Part shown: positions 13,006 through 24,349 of the stretch, one piece after another
Layout: each line of letters starts with the position of its first letter
How positions within the stretch are numbered: position 1 is the first letter of the stretch
Assembly (NCBI RefSeq): GCF_009914755.1
Contig: NC_060925.1
Direction: 5' to 3' (one strand)
Length of the DNA stretch: 64,000 bases
DNA from: the human T2T-CHM13v2.0 reference genome, Homo sapiens
The notes under the pieces: generated by a model
What the model was told of the DNA's origin: nothing
Seen by the model: only the letters and a program-made list of their open reading frames with translations
Databases searched by the model: none
Translations under genes and position numbers: made by a program

Positions 13006-13797
13006 TGTTGCAGGATTTTTGTCAGCCCCTTTACTGGACTCTCAGAAGGGGTGCCATCTACTCAGCCCACAGTGCTCAACCCCTTGCTGGAGGGAGCACA
13101 TGAGTGAGCAAGTGCAGAACTGGCCAGCCACTTCATGGAGCAAGCTCCGTGCAGGGCCTGCATCCAGAGCAGGTGTGCCACCACAAGGGGAATGCAACAG
13201 CCCCCAAGTGAGGGTGCCTGTGACCTTGAAGCCCCAGAGGGGGTGTTACAGTGCTTCTTTAGTTCCACCAGCCATTGACAGTGGCCTGTTAGTAGCTCAG
13301 TTGGCTCCTTGCCTCATTGCATGGGGTGGCTGCCCTCTGCCACTGAAGGCAAAGGGCCGGTGTGACAACATTTCTAGGTACCCACACTCAGTGGGTCCCG
13401 AGCTCTTGTCCAGCATCCAAGAAGAATGAAGTCACATGGATGGTTGAAGTGTGGTGAAGGCAGATAATTTTATTGAGCAATGAAAATGGCTGTCAGCAGA
13501 AAGGAGAGCTGGAGATGGGATGGGAAGTTCAGGTCCTCTTCCCCAAAGTCAGGTTGTCTCTTCCCTAAGGTCAGGCCATCTCACTTTCTACCTACCGAGT
13601 CTGGGGTCTTTATAGGCACCGGACACGGAGTGCATGCTGATTTGTTTGTGAGTATGCAAAAATGGTTAAAGCAAAAGACACTACTCAAAGTTGGGCATGA
13701 CAGTGTAGAAAACCAATTAGGAAAGGATAGGTATACGTAAAATTGGTGAAGGGTGGAGATCAATCAGAGGAGAGCATGCCAAACAGGAAGACAAGTT
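13006..13797 (-). mobile_element. ERV1 LTR, same group as 9848-10780, lacking its first ~130 bp
   Basis: Reverse complement of 13590-13797 aligns to 9978-10185 (roughly 85% by eye); terminus tgttgcaggattttt; TATA at 13609-13614. Confidence 0.8.
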
Positions 13798-14019
13798 GAC
13801 AGGGAGACATCACTCCTGGTTCATGGCCTCTTCTGTGATGGTGGTGCCATTCCCTAAGATGGAGAAGGGTGGGGACTAACTGGGGTTTGAGAGGCAGAAA
13901 TCAAAAGTACCACTGGGGTCATAGAATTAGCTAGTGCCAAGTTAAAAGGAAAAGAATACAGAAACTACTAGATATTTTTTCCAAAGAAGCATCTGTTGCA
14001 GGAAAATGGCCACAAAGGT

Positions 14020-14257
14020 CAGGGGTGCATTATAACTTTCATAGCTCTTTGCACTTTTAATTTCTTGGGCCTTTTCCTCCATTAATCTTTTTTAAATGTT
14101 TTATGACTATATTGGTGTAATGACAAATGTAATCTAAGCTAGCATCATTGTCATATATTTATTTTTTTCTTCTGATGAAAAAATAAAAATGGAAACATTT
14201 CTTTGGCCTCTAAATTGTGGGCCCAAGGTACTGTGCCTGATGGATATGTTGGCTCTC
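14020..14257. mobile_element. hAT-Tip100-like MITE
   Basis: cagggg…gggcc…gtgggcccaaggtactgtgcct subterminal motifs around an AT-rich core. Confidence 0.5.
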
Positions 14258-14679
14258 ATAACAGCGTTGAAATGAGGGGAGAGTGAAAGGGGAATGGGGT
14301 ATTCCAGCAACACAAAGGTCCTGCCACCAATGGGCTAGAGTTCGTGAGCTGCACTTATCCGCTGATGGCACTGGAACCACCAAATGCTTCAATCTCATTG
14401 TTCCCTCAATTGCTGCAGCTGCTCAAAGTGCCATCACAGAAATTTCTGGAATGGTCACAACTGCTACTGAGCAGAAAATTTCAGGGTTGCCATTGCCAGA
14501 GGTACTGCCAACTGCTGAACTGTTCTTAATTTCTTGTCCTTTCTCATCTCCCTGTAGTATGTTTTATTGGCAGAACCTGATGGGAAGTCAGCAGGCCTGG
14601 GAGTCTGGGGCCTGTCATTTGCAGGCTTCCAGTCCTCCATCCAGGAGACCACAAGAGAGCAAATTCTGGATTGATAATC

Positions 14680-15060
14680 AACCGATAAGTATCTGGCATA
14701 TGCATGTTAAGTTTGAGATGTCTGTGAAAGATACCAATGGAAATGTCAAGTGAGAGCACATTGAGGGGGGTGTGGAGAAATGAGTTAGACAACTAAGCCT
14801 GCAACTAAGATCACCAACATTTCCACCAGATAAAAGAAGAAAAACTGGCAGAAGAGCCTGGGAAGAAATCCAAGTGGAAAAGCAGCCAAATGTAGAAGCT
14901 AAGAGGGGAGAATGTTTTTAGAAAGGGTGGATGATCAGCTGCGTTAAACACTGCTGAAAGGCTTAAGAAGACAAAAACATGAAAATGTCTTTGGATTTCA
15001 CATCATGGCCATTGTTGGTAACCTTGACGAGGGTAATTTCAATCAAGAGCTATGCACAGG
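14680..15060 (-). mobile_element. L2 fragment
   Basis: catgttaagtttgagatgtct…ggaaatgtcaag…ctgctgaaagg…ttggtaaccttgac. Confidence 0.65.
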
Positions 15061-15849
15061 GGCCAAAATGGCTTCGTGCTTTCTGATTTACTTTATGAAA
15101 TCCCCTATGGTATGTGGATTATTACCTCACACATCTACTGAGTTCCAAACTCAGCTTTCTGACAAGTCCAGTCTTGTTTCTACTATCTCAAAAAGTTATA
15201 AAATAATCACTGTCCTTCCTTTATGAGCAATAACACTGAGAAATAGAAGGTTCCAATCCTTTCTTGCAAAAATTCTGGCCATGTGCAACTTGGACCACAT
15301 GGAATCTCAAATTAAAAAATATTCTTAGATGAAAAATTCCAAGGCCTCTAGCATTTCTCATCGGTAAGTGCTTTGAGTGTGCACAGATGGAAACCAGGAG
15401 TAGGTATGGTCTTCCCATTACCACCACCCCAACACTTATTTTATCATCCTTTCTTTAAAGAGCAGAGAAGTTTTGGTGTTCTGATCCCTTTATTTTAAGG
15501 CAATGGCAGATAACTTTAGATCACATCTGTCAGCTAAAAAAATCCAAGGAAGCTGTTGCATGCTAGTCAGCCTTCAGAAGATGAAAGGTCAAATAATAAC
15601 TGGTGAGGTGAGAGGAGCTGTGAAAGGGGAAAATGAAAATCTATTGAAAAATGAGGAGTTACCACGTAAGGCTAAGTAGCTGAGAAGGGCCCCAGGAGAA
15701 TATTCTTGCTGATTCCAAAAAGTCCATGGAATTACTAGTGGCACCAACAGGAATATTAAGATAGAGAAAGAATCCAAAGAAGAATGATATTTTGTCATCT
15801 CTGGGGCATTCAATTACCTGGGAAAATCAGGTACATTTCTTTTTCCAAT

Positions 15850-16353
15850 TCCTAAGTTTGTCCTTTGCCTACATTGCTGTAATGATTTCCTTATTTGTCT
15901 CCGGCAATTGTCATAAACCCTGATTATGACTCTCTACACTATAGAAAAGATGATATGATATTCCAAACACACAAGTTTAACCACATAGTTTAAACTCTCC
16001 ATTGCTTCCCATTACTTTCAGGATAAAGTGCAAATTCCTTAAGATAGCTTACCTTTCTTACCTTCTCCACCCATCTACCACCAGATACACATACACCCCT
16101 GCCCCAAACTCCAACTATAATAACTACTCCCATTTATCCTGGATAATTCCTGTTTTTCATTCCAGCTTAGATATCACCTCGTGTGGAAAAAAAAAAAAAT
16201 CCTTCTCAAATCTCTAAGACTGGGCTAAGTTCCTTCACTAGGTACCTCTAGCCCTGCCTTAACATATTTCTCTATATAGATTATTTGACTGACTTCTCCA
16301 CTAGACTGTAAACTCTGGAGGGTTGGGACTATGTCTTCTTCACTATTATAAGT
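15850..16353 (+). mobile_element. L2 3' part (continues at 18633-18700 after THE1)
   Basis: ctccactagactgtaaactc…gactatgtc; tail resumes with gcctagcac…caataaa…ttgaataaataaat. Confidence 0.65.
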
Positions 16354-18632
16354 TGTATTAGTCTGTTTTCATGCTGCTGGAAAAGACATACCCAAGACTG
16401 GGAAGAAAAAGAGGTTTAATTGGACTTACAGTCCCACATGACTGGAGAGGCCTTAGAATCATAGTGGGAGGCAAAAAACACTTCTTACATGGCAGCGGCA
16501 AGAGAAAATGAAAAAGATGCAAAACCAGGAACCCCTGATAAAGCCATCAGACCTTGTGAGACTTATTCGCTATCATGAGAACAGTATGGGGGAAACTGCT
16601 TCTGTGATTCAAATTATGTCCCACTGGGTCCCTCCCACAACACATGGGAATTATGGGAGTACAATTCAAGAGGAGATTTGGGTAGGGACACAGAGCCAAA
16701 CCATATCATTCCACTCCTGGCCCCTCCAAATTTCATGTCCTCACATTTCAAAACCAATCATTCCTTCCTAACTGTTCCCCAAAGTCTTAAATCATTTCAA
16801 CATTAACCCAAAAGTCTATAGTCCAAAGGCTCATCTGAGACAAGGCAAGTTCCTTCTGCCTATAAGCCTGTAAAATCAAAAGCAAGCTAGTTACTTTCTA
16901 GATACAATGGGGGTATAGGTATTGAGTAAATACAGCCATTCCAAACAGGAGAAATTGTCCAAAACAAAGGGGTTACAGGGCCCATGCAAGTCTGAAATCC
17001 AGTGGGGCAGTCAAATTTTAAAGCTCCAAAATGATCTCCTTTGACTCCATGTCTCACATCCAGGTCATGCTGATGCAAGAGGTAGGTTCCCATAGTCTTG
17101 GGCAGCTCTGCCCCTGTAGCTTTGCAGGGTATAACCCCCCTCCTGGCTTCTGCCACAGGCTGGTGTTGAGTGTCTGCAGCTGTTCCAGGTGCATGGTATA
17201 AGCTATCACTGGATCTACCATTCTGGGGTCTGGAGGACGGAGGCCGTCTTCTCACAGCTCCACCAGGCAGTGGCCCATTAGGGACTCTGTGTGGGGCTTC
17301 AACCCCATATTTCCCTTCCAAACTGCCCTAGCAGAGGTGAGGGGCCCACCCCTGCAGAAAACTTTTGCCTGGGCATCCAGGCATTTCCACACATCTTCTG
17401 AAATCTAGGTGGAGGTTCCCAAACATCAATTCTTGATTTCTGTGCACCCAGAGGCTCAACATCACATGGAAGCTGCCTAAGTTTGGGGTTTGCACCCTTT
17501 GAAACTATGGGCTGAGCTGTACATTGGCCCCTTTTAGCAATGGCTGGAGCAGCTGGGATGCAGGGCACCAAGTCCCTAGGCTGCACAGAGCATGGGGACC
17601 CTGGGTCAGGCCCACAAAACCATTTTTTCCTCCTAAGCTTCTGGGTCTGTGATGGGAGGGGCTGCCATGAAGACCTATGACATGCTCCGGAGACATTTTC
17701 CCCATTGTCTGGAGGATTAACATTTGGCTGCTTGTTACATATGCAAATTTCCACAGCCAGCTTGAATTTCTCCTCAAAAAATGGGTTTTCCTTTTCTACT
17801 GCATCATCAGGCTGCAAATTTTCTGAACTTTTATGATCTGTTTCCCTTTTAAAATGGAATGCTTTTAACAGCACCCAGGTCACGTTTTGAATGCTTTGCT
17901 GCTTAGAAATTTCTTCTGCCAGATACCCTAAATCAGCTCTCTCGAATTCAAAGTTCCACAAATCTCTAGGGCAGGGGCAAAAATGCCACCAATCTCTTTG
18001 CTAAAACATAATAAGAGTCACATTTGCTCCAATTCCCAACAAGTTCTTCATCTCCATCTAAGACCATGTCAGCTTGGACCTTATTGTTCATATCATTATC
18101 AGCATTTTTGTCAAAGCCATTCAACAAGTCTCTAGGAGGTTCCAAACTTTCCCACATTTTCCTGTCTTCTTCTGAGCCCTCCAAACTCTTCCAACCTCTC
18201 TGTTACCAAGTTTCAAAGGTGCTTTCACATTTTCAAACATCTTTTCAGCAACACCCTAATCCTGGTACCAATTTACTGTATTAGTCCATTTTCATGCTGC
18301 TGATAAAGACATACCTGAGACTGGGAAGAAAAAGAGGTTTAACTGGACTTATTTTACCATCCCATAGGGCTGGGGAGGCCTCAGAATCATGGCAAGAGGT
18401 GAAAGGCACTTCTTACATGGTTGTGGCAAGAGAAAAATGAGGAAGATGCAAAAGCATCTTCTGATAAAACCATCAGATCTCGTGAGACTTATTCACTACC
18501 ATGAGAACAGTATGGGGGAAACCACCCCCATGATTCAAATTATCTCCCACCCGGTCCCTCCCACAACACATGGGAATTATGGGAGTACAATTCAAGATGA
18601 GATGTGGGTGGGGACACAGCCAAACCGTATCA
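16354..18632 (-). mobile_element. Full-length THE1A MaLR element: 5' LTR 18277-18632, internal 16709-18276, 3' LTR 16354-16708
   Basis: Two ~355-bp THE1A-type LTRs; PBS-like tggtaccag next to the 5' LTR; PPT ggggccaggagtggaa; MaLR-int ORF remnants (LGYLAEEISKQQSIQ). Confidence 0.93.
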
Positions 18633-18954
18633 TAACACTAATGCCTAGCACAACATATGGCTCATTTTATCAATAAAGACTCATTGAATAAATAAATTCA
18701 TGAGAGAGAAAAAAACAGCTAGGACAATTCCAGGGGCTGAATTGAGCCCGGACATTCATCACTCAAGATATCTCAAGGGAGTGCAGCCAGGAAGGAATCA
18801 TTGTTGAAAAACTGAAGGTCAAAGTCAATAAATCCAGACCACATGTCTTGTCCAAAGACAGAATATCAACCTAAGAATGAGTTGGCAAATAAAGAGTTTG
18901 GTGAGTTTATAGAAATATAGGACAAGGTACAAGGAATGGCTGAAGGAGAGAGGT

Positions 18955-19311
18955 TGTCCTGTTCATTTGGGCTGCTATAACAAAATACCTTAGATCTGGT
19001 GGCTTATAAACATCAGAAATGTATTGCTCCCAGTTCTGAACACTGGGAACTCCAAGATGAAGGTACTGGCAGAGTCAGTGTCTGTGGAGGGCTCACGCTC
19101 TGGTTCATCATTAGCACTTTCACTGTGTCCTTACAGTGGAAGGGGCAGGGCAACTGTCTGGGGACTATTTTATAAGGGCACTAATCCCATTCATGAGGGT
19201 GTCACCCTCATGACCTAATCACCTCCCAAAGTCCTGACTTGATACCATCGTCTTGGGGATTAGGTTTCAACATATGAATTTTGAGGTAACACAAACATTC
19301 AGACCATAGCA
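18955..19311 (-). mobile_element. MLT1A-type solo LTR
   Basis: gggctgctataacaaaatacc…ttcaacatatgaattttgagg…cagaccatagca. Confidence 0.85.
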
Positions 19312-19599
19312 GTGGAGAATCATCAGTTTGGAGCCCTTTTGTGTGTACTCATCAGGTCTAGCGGAAGTGGGGAGAAGAGTTTCAAGGGGCTCATCTAAGC
19401 TGACTTGCATGTATACAGTAAAGTGTAATAGACACATCACAGGGTACTGGAATCAGATCGCTTGCATTTGTATCCTGGCTCCTCCATCTCTTACTAGCTC
19501 TGTAACTTTGAAGAAGTTACTAGCCCTTCTACACATCAGCTTTTCTCATCTGAAAACAATCATACTAATAATGCCAAACTCTTAAATTCATTGTGATTT

Positions 19600-19905
19600 G
19601 TTGGCTGGTTTGTTTGGAGACGGGATCTTGCTCTTGCACCCAGGCTAGCCGGCTAGACTGCAGTGGTGCTATCACAGCTCACTGCAGCCTTGAACTCCTG
19701 TGCTCAAGCAATCTTCTCACCTCAGCCTCCCAAGTAGCTGGGACTACAGGCATGCACCACCATATCCTGCTTATTTTCAATTTTTTTGTAGAGATGGGGT
19801 CTCACTATGTTGCCCAGGTTGGTCTCAAACTCCAGCCTCAAGTGATCCTCCCACCTTGGCCTCCCCAAATACGGGGATTACAAACTTCAGCCACTGCATC
19901 TGGCC
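19600..19905 (-). mobile_element. AluJ inserted in a MIR
   Basis: AluJ features (cactgcagccttgaactcctg, ctcactatgttgcccagg); 17-bp TSD taaattca(t/c)tgtgattt at 19583-19599 and 19906-19922. Confidence 0.93.
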
Positions 19906-20476
19906 TAAATTCACTGTGATTTTTAAATGAGCTGATTTGTGCAAATTCTCTAAATTAGTACCTGGTACATAAAAAGCTCTCAATAAGTGTGAGAAATTAG
20001 TAAATATTAATGATGCCTTCAAGATTAACATATGCCGCATGTGTCCAGGCTCTCTGTGTTGGTCCACATTAAGGACTTTCCTAAAGGCAAGTCCCCCTTT
20101 GTTTGGTATATGGTATCCTGTATCTCAGACTTTTTTCACTATGCATAATAGAGTTCTTTCTACCTGCAACATACACTTGGACAGAATATATTTAGAAGTT
20201 TCAGATATGAAGTTACTTAACAGCATTTTCTAACAGTGACATGAAACTGCCAAGGCCCTGTCCCATCTCCTTTCACCCTGCTTACTATGGCTGGGGTCAA
20301 GCAGCATCATTTCCTCTTTGAAGGCACTGAGACATCCCCAACAGGATTTCTGACTCAGTGGCAAAGGCCCCATTTGGATATTGGACCCCAATCTGAATTG
20401 TGCAGCTTCATTTCCTAGAGAAGCCAAATTATTAATTTCTTGATATAGGTAGTGATATAGAGGCTTTGTTTTCTTA

Positions 20477-22273
20477 AAAATTCTTATTCTTTAACATCTG
20501 GGAGGCTTTACATTCACAGCAAAAATAAAAAGGTGGATTCATGATCCATCCCTGCAGGATGTTGGGCTAGTGGGGACTCTCCTAGGCCCCATCAGTGTCT
20601 GCTCTCCCAACTGGGTGCAAAGGGTCCTTGTGGCCTGCAGCAAAGGAGCTGGTGGGCAGGAGTAGACAGTGCAAGTGCCCCTGAGAGATGGACAGGGAGC
20701 ACAGCCTCCTTCTGTCTCCAGCACATCTCAAAGATGTCCAACTCAAAAATGACAAACTGCATGGGACACCATTGGGCATCTTCAGGCTTCCCTGCTCCTG
20801 GGGATCATGGTGTTCACACAGGCACATCCCACACTCACTTCCGCTCACACCCACACCCAGATTCTACTGACTCTGGCAAACAGATGCAGGCTAAATGCTA
20901 GGACCACCTCCCCACAGCTGCTCACACCTTCCCAGGAGGGCTTGTCTCTTGCACCTGGGAAGTGACCTATTTCCTCTAGAGCTAACCAGGGCAGATGGGC
21001 AACTTGGCCAAGGGCCCTGTTCCCACAAGGACAGAGGGTGGGCAGGCACTTGGCTGCTAACAGAGCAGCCCTGGTCGCCCCATATGGGCTGACTTCAAGC
21101 AAAGGGACACCCCCATGACCTGTCAGCAGCTTCTTCTGCAATCATCTCTCCAGGGTCCATCAAGGAGTAAACTCAGTGCAATGCAGGGCATGAGGGTCAC
21201 TAGTGCTGGCCTCCTGGAGGGCTCTGGCTCACTGGGCCAGATGGTTTGGTCTTGGCTTGGGGTCAGTGGCTGCTTCTTTCCCCAAGATCCACTGGCAATT
21301 GCTCTGTTGAGACAGCTGGAAGGCATCGGGGACCCAGGAGTGTATCCTGCAGAAAAACTCCCAAAGAAGAGGATACTTGGGGTCAGAGTCTCAAGGAATG
21401 CAGAGTGCATCCTGGGTAGAACCTCCACTGAAGCCTGACAGGGTCAGGTGCTGGGAAGCAGCCAAGGAGGCCTGGAAGCACGCCCCACTGGAAATGGGTA
21501 TTGTGGGCAGAGGCCAAGGCTCTGCAAACCTCTCTCTCCCAGAATCTGGAAGAGACGATCCCAGCTCTGCTGGGAGGGAGGATGGATGAGGCTCTTGGGC
21601 AGGCCTAGTGGTTTAGGGATAGCAGCTTAACAGTGTGGTGATCACAACTTCAGGAGGCAGGTCCCAAGGCAACAAGTGCTAGTGACAGAGAGCAGGCCTG
21701 CTGACCTGGCTGGCAGCTCGTGCCTCCTGCTCACTCTCCCCGCAACCTGGGAACCAGAAGGAAGAGTGTGACAGGCAGGGCTCAGGCAGCACCTGCGAAA
21801 TCCCTGGAGAACTGGGGACAGAGAAGACAAAGAGCAGGGCCTGCTCACACACATAAAGGAACACACACTGCAGTGCCCAGCCTGCCACTGTAGCAGCCGT
21901 GTGCTGCCCCAGCAGTTAATGCCACCCTGGAAGAGTGGAGAGCTGACCAGGACCTTGGCCTTCTTTGACTCCAGGGGTATATCAGCTCCGAGAAGAGGAG
22001 CTGGCCACACAGGGAGCCCCGGGAGTGCTTGGGTTGGCAGCACAGCTGGGGGTGGTAGGTGTGCACCATTGGCTATAGGCCCTAGGGCTGTCAGGCCACA
22101 GGATGCTCTGGATAAAGGAGGGTATGGGGTGGATGTAGCTGATCCACAGGTGGATGTGGTGAAGGAAGATGGCTCGCAGCACCTGTTTCAGTGCTGCGTT
22201 CCACCTGAGCCCGGCAGGGGTGCCCATTATCCACTGCAGCAGATTTGGAAGTTACCCCGCCACAAGGTAATAA
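20477..22273 (-). pseudogene. PIGQP1: Processed pseudogene of PIGQ (GPI-GlcNAc transferase subunit Q/GPI1); 5'-truncated, internally deleted, frameshifted. Coding homology ~21945-22266; the rest is last-exon/3'UTR-like
   Basis: Minus-strand [49 protein letters not shown] matches [88 protein letters not shown] matches the C-terminus [36 protein letters not shown]. No introns; GC-rich block in AT-rich DNA. 3' boundary uncertain; symbol from memory. Confidence 0.9.
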
Positions 22274-22918
22274 GCTTGTCTCTTATATTCCTTCTTATAA
22301 CTATTATTTTTTTCTCTTTTGTAATTGCCTCGGCTTGAGTAATAAATATGGGCTCTAAAAGTGTAAACATACAAACAACAGGTGGAGTATCTGAGAAATC
22401 CAGTTAATTCTTTCCTGAGGATTGGGACAGAGTTTTAGTGTAGGCAGCTCCTGCTTTTATCCCTTCTTGGTGCCTTGGCCTCAGTCACGTTGCCTTCCTC
22501 CACAGGCTTCTGCTAATTGACACTACTGTCTATAATTCTGCCGTGGGTACCTTAACTGAGAGTGCCTTTTGATTCTTCTGGGGAAATTCATCTACACCAT
22601 TTCCTTAGACTTCTCAATCATTTCCTCATACTATAAGTAACACCATTTTAGAAAAGGAAAACAGTTTTCCCATTCTTCATCATGACATCCATTATTGGCA
22701 CCTGTTACATTTTATCATAGCTCTGAAATTCCTAAACTTCCTCAAGTTCATGGTACTTAGTGTCTCAGTAATTCCTTCATGGCATGCCTAGGCTTAAAGA
22801 AATACCTAATAATTCTGTTTATTAAGTAGTTAGTACAAAACAACTTGTTATAATAAGCATTATATTATATTATATATATTATATATGAAAAAATATATTC
22901 TGAAATAACCACACTAAC

Positions 22919-23810
22919 TGTATTTGTTTGCTATGGCTTTGTATTAGTCAGGGTTCTCCAAGGAGACTATGTATATAAAATAAGAATTGGCTTGCACATT
23001 TTGGAGGCTGACAAGACTTAAGATCTGCAATCAGCAAGCTGCAGACCCGGGAGAGAGGATAGTATCATTCCTGTCCAAGTCCATGAACTAGGAGAGCCAG
23101 TGATGTAAGTTCTAATCCAAGTCTTGAGTCCAAAGGCAGGAGAAGATCAAGGTGCCAGCTCAAACAGTTAGGGAACAGTTAGGGAGAGAGAATAAATTCT
23201 TTTTACCCATCATTTTATTCTCTTCAGGCTTTCAACAGATTGGACAAGGCCCACCCACATTAAGAAGGGCAATCTGCTTTCCTCAGTCCGCCAATTCAAA
23301 TGTCAGTCTCACTCAGAAACACCCTCACAGGCAAACTCAGACAATATTTAGTCAAGTATCTGTGCACTCGATGACCCAGTCAAGTTGACTCATAAAATTA
23401 GCCATCACTCGTTTTGATGTTAATAAAATATCCCAGACTGGGTGGCTTAAACAGCAAAAAAAATTGTTTTCTCACAGTTATGGTGGCTAGAAGTACAAGA
23501 TGAAGGTGTTGACAGCTTTGATTTCTGCTGAGGCCTCTTTCCTTGGCTTGCAGATGGCCACCTTCTCACTGTGTTTCCACATGGTCTTTCCTCTGTGCGT
23601 GAGCATCCCTGGGGTCTCTCTGTGTGTTCAAATTTTCTCTTCTTATAAGGACACCAGTCGGATTAGATTAGGGCCCACCTAATGGCCTCATTTTAATTTA
23701 ACCACCTCCCTAATGGCCTTATCTTCAAATATAGTCACATTTTGAGGTACTAGGGTTACGATTTCAACATATGACTTTGAAGGTGGGGAGACCCAAGTCA
23801 ACCAATAACA
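22919..23810 (-). mobile_element. MLT1B-like LTR interrupted by an MLT2 LTR
   Basis: tgtatttgtttgctatggct (22919-22939) continues at ~23410 with cagactgggtggcttaaac…aaccaataaca; TSD ctaac/cttac. Confidence 0.8.
22940..23409 (-). mobile_element. MLT2 (MLT2C/D-like) ERVL solo LTR nested in MLT1
   Basis: tgtattagtcagggttctcca…caagttgactcataaaattagccatcac termini. Confidence 0.85.
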
Positions 23811-24349
23811 CTTACTAACGGGGTTTGTGGGCCCATTTGCCATTGTACATTTTCTCATACCTTGGAATCACATTCATCACTGCCACCCTCACATTGAATT
23901 TTATACAATACAAGCTTGGCATCACAGTAGCTGCCAAAAACCCATTTTCACAAAGGTGTAACATCATCAAATGGAGTGAAGCATTATCTAATATTGAGAC
24001 TCACCTAATGGAAACGATCACAAGCTAATACTTTGCAAATGTCAATCATCACTGTGTTTTCCTTTAAAATGTGGGATATCTTGAGGTGTCCCTATGACTT
24101 GTGGTGCCAAGAACACCTTACCACACAGTTTGAGAACCATAACAATAGGTAACTTACATATTTATCACGTTGGTCTTCCCACTAACTTCCAGTTTAGTAT
24201 TGTCCATTTAACTATTTATAAGAGGAGAAAACTGAGGCTAAGGCTGGCTATGTAATTTTACCAAGGTAACACAGTTAATAAATACTAGAATCAGGTCTAC
24301 TACTCAGTTTTCCAGCACTGCTACTGGCGTAGAGATAAATACTTATATT

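Noticed and set aside
9848-13797. ERV1 LTR pair as a provirus
   Set aside because: The LTRs are inverted and the interval holds MIR/L2/unique DNA, not gag-pol
14283-14753. 156-aa ORF
   Set aside because: GTG start, no recognisable domain, and it overlaps old LTR and L2 fragments
16887-18184. ORFs of 144, 220 and 72 aa as a novel gene
   Set aside because: They are frameshifted pieces of the THE1 internal ORF
20539-22338. Dense cluster of ORFs on both strands suggesting a coding gene
   Set aside because: Explained by GC-rich PIGQ pseudogene sequence; homology switches frames and there is no intact CDS
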